The notes under the pieces were generated by a model. It was given only the letters and a program-made list of their open reading frames with translations, had not been told where the DNA came from and did not search any database. From Candidatus Poribacteria bacterium (GTDB taxonomy: Bacteria > Poribacteria > WGA-4E > PCPOR2b): a DNA stretch of 64,000 nucleotides. Below are positions 60,908 through 64,000 of this stretch, piece by piece (position 1 is the first letter of the stretch; the number at the start of each line of letters is the position of its first letter). Made by a program: the position numbers and the translations under genes. The stretch is taken from the NCBI GenBank assembly GCA_965116925.1, contig OZ220744.1, forward strand, positions 800,001-864,000, given 5' to 3'.

Positions 60908-62404
60908 ATGACTGAATCGAACCAGGACGGCATTGACCCACGCCGTCTGAAATTGGCATCTGATCCGTACCGTCCAGCATACCACTTTATATGCCCATCC
61001 AACTGGATGAACGATCCGAACGGAACTATTTTCTGGAAGGGCAGATACCATATCTTCTATCAGTACAATCCCAACGGGGCTTTCCACGGCACGATACATT
61101 GGGGACACGCTTCCAGTGCGGATTTGGTCCATTGGACAGATCACCCGATTGCATTGCCTCCCGGTCCAGAGGGTGCCGACCGGGACCAGTGCTACAGTGG
61201 TGCAGCGTTTATCAACAAAGAGGGGGTGCCCACATTTATCTATCACGGTTTGCCGGACGGTATCTGCCTCGCCACAAGCGACGATGATTTACTTATCAAT
61301 TGGGAAAAACACCCGGCGAATCCGATTATACCCAATCCGCAGGCGGGAGATGAATTTCGGATCGGTGGTGCCCCATGCGCTTGGGTCGAAGGGGATACTT
61401 ACTACGCACTGACCGGAAACAGCGGTGCTGCCCCGCCGGATGCAGCGTATTTGTATACCTCCAAAGACCTCGCGCATTGGGAATATTTGCATCCCTTCTA
61501 CGAGGGAGGGATTTTCACAGAGTGGGGTGAGGACTGTGGCTGTCCTGACTTTTTCCGTTTGGGAGATAAACATGTGCTGTCCTTCACTAGTCACCCGCGT
61601 GGGGCGCAATTTTACATCGGCACTTATGCCAATCAACGGTTCACTCCGGAGCGTCACAAGCGATTGGCACTCGGCAATACAGGTCGTCCCGGTGTCTACA
61701 ATGAGGGCTTAACGTTGCTTGATGATAAGGGGAGGCGCGTTTTGTTTGGCAGACTCCACGAGGCGCGCTATAGCTACGTCCAACGTGCTTCTGGCTGGGC
61801 GGGGATGTTCGCCCTGCCGATGGTTCTGTCGATGTCCGATGACGGCGATCTGCTTATGGAACCTGTTCCAGAACTGGAAGCGTTGCGAAGTGAGCACACA
61901 CACTTTTCTGACATTCAATTGAACGGAGACGAAGATCATCAACTTGATGAGATCAGAGGAGACCAACTGGAGATTCGAGCGATGTTTGAATGGGAGAGTG
62001 CCGAGGAGTTCGGTCTGAAAGTTTGTTGTTCTCCGGACGGTGAAGAGCAAACGCTCATCCGTTTGAACCTTAATCCGTGGTCAGCCAATCGTGCTCCGGA
62101 AGAACTTCGCCCCCTTCGGGAGTTGATATTGGACGCAAATCGGTCTAGCATCAGTTCAGAGGTAAGCAATCGTGAGTCAGAACGATGCACGTTTGACCTC
62201 CCTTACGGCGAGTCGATAGAATTACGGGTGTTCGTGGATCGGACGGTGGTGGAGGTTTTTGCCAATGACCGATACTATTTGGCGAAGCGCATCTATCCCG
62301 CAAGGCCCGATAGTCTCGGCGTACAGCTGTTCACGCGGGGTGGGAAGGCGACTGTGCGATCGCTGGACGTATGGCAGATGGGGGCAATTTGGCCCATTGA
62401 CTAG
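60908..62404 (+). CDS. GH32 family protein with atypical catalytic motifs
   Basis: WMNDPNG, WGHA.S.DLVHW and C-terminal D...VEVF.N. Confidence 0.85.
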   Translation: MTESNQDGIDPRRLKLASDPYRPAYHFICPSNWMNDPNGTIFWKGRYHIFYQYNPNGAFHGTIHWGHASSADLVHWTDHPIALPPGPEGADRDQCYSGAAFINKEGVPTFIYHGLPDGICLATSDDDLLINWEKHPANPIIPNPQAGDEFRIGGAPCAWVEGDTYYALTGNSGAAPPDAAYLYTSKDLAHWEYLHPFYEGGIFTEWGEDCGCPDFFRLGDKHVLSFTSHPRGAQFYIGTYANQRFTPERHKRLALGNTGRPGVYNEGLTLLDDKGRRVLFGRLHEARYSYVQRASGWAGMFALPMVLSMSDDGDLLMEPVPELEALRSEHTHFSDIQLNGDEDHQLDEIRGDQLEIRAMFEWESAEEFGLKVCCSPDGEEQTLIRLNLNPWSANRAPEELRPLRELILDANRSSISSEVSNRESERCTFDLPYGESIELRVFVDRTVVEVFANDRYYLAKRIYPARPDSLGVQLFTRGGKATVRSLDVWQMGAIWPID

Positions 62405-62440
62405 CTATGTTCATCTCATTAGCCAAAGGAGGTTAGCCCA

Positions 62441-63229
62441 ATGGGCGCAAACAAAGACAAGTCCTTTGAAGAAAATCTAGCGCAGCTTGAACGCGATGGA
62501 TTTCTGCTGATCAAGAACGCCCTCGATACGGAAACCGTTCAGAAGTGGCGGGACAGTCTGTATGGGCGTTACAACCGGGGAGAATATGACCGCAGAAACA
62601 GTGTAGGCAATGTGTCGTATAATCAATTACTGGCGCAGGAACCGGAGATGACGCGAGCACTTATCGCACACCCTAGTGTTGCGCCATACCTGAAGGCAAC
62701 TCTGGGAAGGCAGTGCCAACTCCGTAGTGTGCGTGCACATCTCAACCCTGACGACTACACGCAAGAATGGCACATGGATTTCTACGATTACTGGTATCAA
62801 GAGGAGAAGGTTGATGCAAGCCGTTTTGTCCAAGGGTTTTGCATGAATACTACTTTTTATCTGACCGATAATACGCCGGAGCGGGCTCGCCTTACTTTCG
62901 TCAAAGACCTCTGTCATCGCCCGATTCCCGAAGAACTTCGGGAACATCTCTGGTACAGGGACGATCGAAACAATCCGTTCCAGCGTTGGTGCGACGAGCA
63001 GCCATATATAGACCTGTATCCAATGAGTGGGGATGCGGTGGTCTTCTACAGTCATCTGCCTCACCAGGGTGCCAAAATGGGACCCGATCCCGAAGGCGAG
63101 ATTCGTGGGAATATTGTCTTTCACTACCAGCAGAACCCGATGTATCCCGGTATCCGCTTTGTCAGCCATCCTCAGCTCACGCTTGATGCCCTCGGTTATG
63201 ACGGCACTTTTCCCTTTGTTGAAGATTGA
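62441..63229 (+). CDS. Phytanoyl-CoA dioxygenase (PhyH) family protein
   Basis: RDGF, WHMD (HxD) and distal GD...Y....H. Confidence 0.8.
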   Translation: MGANKDKSFEENLAQLERDGFLLIKNALDTETVQKWRDSLYGRYNRGEYDRRNSVGNVSYNQLLAQEPEMTRALIAHPSVAPYLKATLGRQCQLRSVRAHLNPDDYTQEWHMDFYDYWYQEEKVDASRFVQGFCMNTTFYLTDNTPERARLTFVKDLCHRPIPEELREHLWYRDDRNNPFQRWCDEQPYIDLYPMSGDAVVFYSHLPHQGAKMGPDPEGEIRGNIVFHYQQNPMYPGIRFVSHPQLTLDALGYDGTFPFVED

Positions 63230-63284
63230 ATCTGTCTGTGCTCATAAAGGAACCGTGCAACAGTAACTGAATTTTTGGCAAGTC

Positions 63285-63310
63285 CGGGCGGGGCAAGATG
63301 CCCCGCCTAC
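63285..63310. repeat. GTAG-type REP-like hairpin
   Basis: cgggcggggcaagatgccccgcctac; related copy inside element H. Confidence 0.7.
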
Positions 63311-63387
63311 AGTTTTATCGAAAAACCCTTTAGGTCTAAAACCCAAACATTTATGTTTGGGATACAGATTGCTTTAGCCTTTTTTGC

Positions 63388-63416
63388 TTGAGGTTGCAGG
63401 CAAAATAGGGTATACT
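63388..63416 (+). promoter_or_regulatory. Putative sigma70 promoter
   Basis: TTGAGG-17 bp-TATACT. Confidence 0.5.
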
Positions 63417-63606
63417 TTTCACAGTTACCCGCACCGAGAAGCAGGATATAGACGCTGGTATAGGGGCAGGGCGTTGTCCTTTGTGAGAGACGTATTAAGA
63501 CACCCGACGGGGTGCAGCGTTGTTGACCGCACAATTAAAAAGTGGATTCCTAACAAGAATCCAAATGCTTCAGCTTTTGGAGTACGTCAAACGGAGGATA
63601 TATTTT

Positions 63607-64000
63607 ATGGCAACATTTCGTCCCAAAATCCTGATCGCTTGTGATGAGCGTGTCCGCAATTCCTACCTACCCCCAATAGAAATAGAACGACTTGAAACTT
63701 TTGCTGATTGGGATTGGTTCTCCTGCGAAGGCGGAAGCATCTATACCACTAACGAAAACCCCGAAGCAGCGGCAGAACTCTCTGAGCATGTCGGCGAGAT
63801 CAATGGTCTGGTTGTCTGCCACGGCTGTCCCACAATTACACCAGAGGTTTTGAATGCTGCACCGAATCTGAAAATCATCGGTGAATTGGAGGGCGATCGT
63901 TTCGCCAGTCGGATTGACTTGGAGGCTGCGTGGGAGCGGGGAATCCGCACGGTGGATACCACCAACGGTTCCTCCTATCCGGTCTCAGAGTGGGCGTTGG
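63607..64000 (+). CDS. D-2-hydroxyacid dehydrogenase family protein, 5' part (runs off the window)
   Basis: GGAGG RBS; MATFRPKILI...VLNAAPNLKII...AAWERGI..V..VSEWAL. Not in the ORF track. Confidence 0.75.
   Translation, partial: MATFRPKILIACDERVRNSYLPPIEIERLETFADWDWFSCEGGSIYTTNENPEAAAELSEHVGEINGLVVCHGCPTITPEVLNAAPNLKIIGELEGDRFASRIDLEAAWERGIRTVDTTNGSSYPVSEWAL

Noticed and set aside
60494..61246. Long antisense ORFs (this one and many like it in the track)
   Set aside because: They are shadows of well-supported genes on the opposite strand and have no motifs of their own.

Overview
Bacterial chromosomal window with about 45 CDSs and no rRNA, tRNA or CRISPR array that I could see. The gene mix (PhyH, Uma2, Gfo/Idh/MocA, GH32/GH172, PorV-like, MqnB) resembles Ca. 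Poribacteria, but that taxonomy is only inference. Housekeeping genes include eno, map, miaB, recQ, ileS, tmk, holB and metG. There is also a Hen1-Pnkp RNA repair pair, an MntA-HepT toxin-antitoxin pair, an AddB-like nuclease, an ECF A/T module and many catabolic enzymes. Highlights: (1) an unannotated 42-codon Ile-rich leader peptide with a full 1:2/2:3/3:4 transcription attenuator in front of a type-2 ileS that has a non-canonical GVHH motif; (2) a Gln-dependent NAD synthetase that looks like eukaryotic NADSYN1/QNS1; (3) at least six families of short non-autonomous inverted-repeat elements, several with exact target-site duplications, which carry GTAG-type REP hairpins, nest inside each other's ends and share one orientation; (4) a candidate structured RNA leader near the right end. 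All family assignments come from motif recognition, not database searches.
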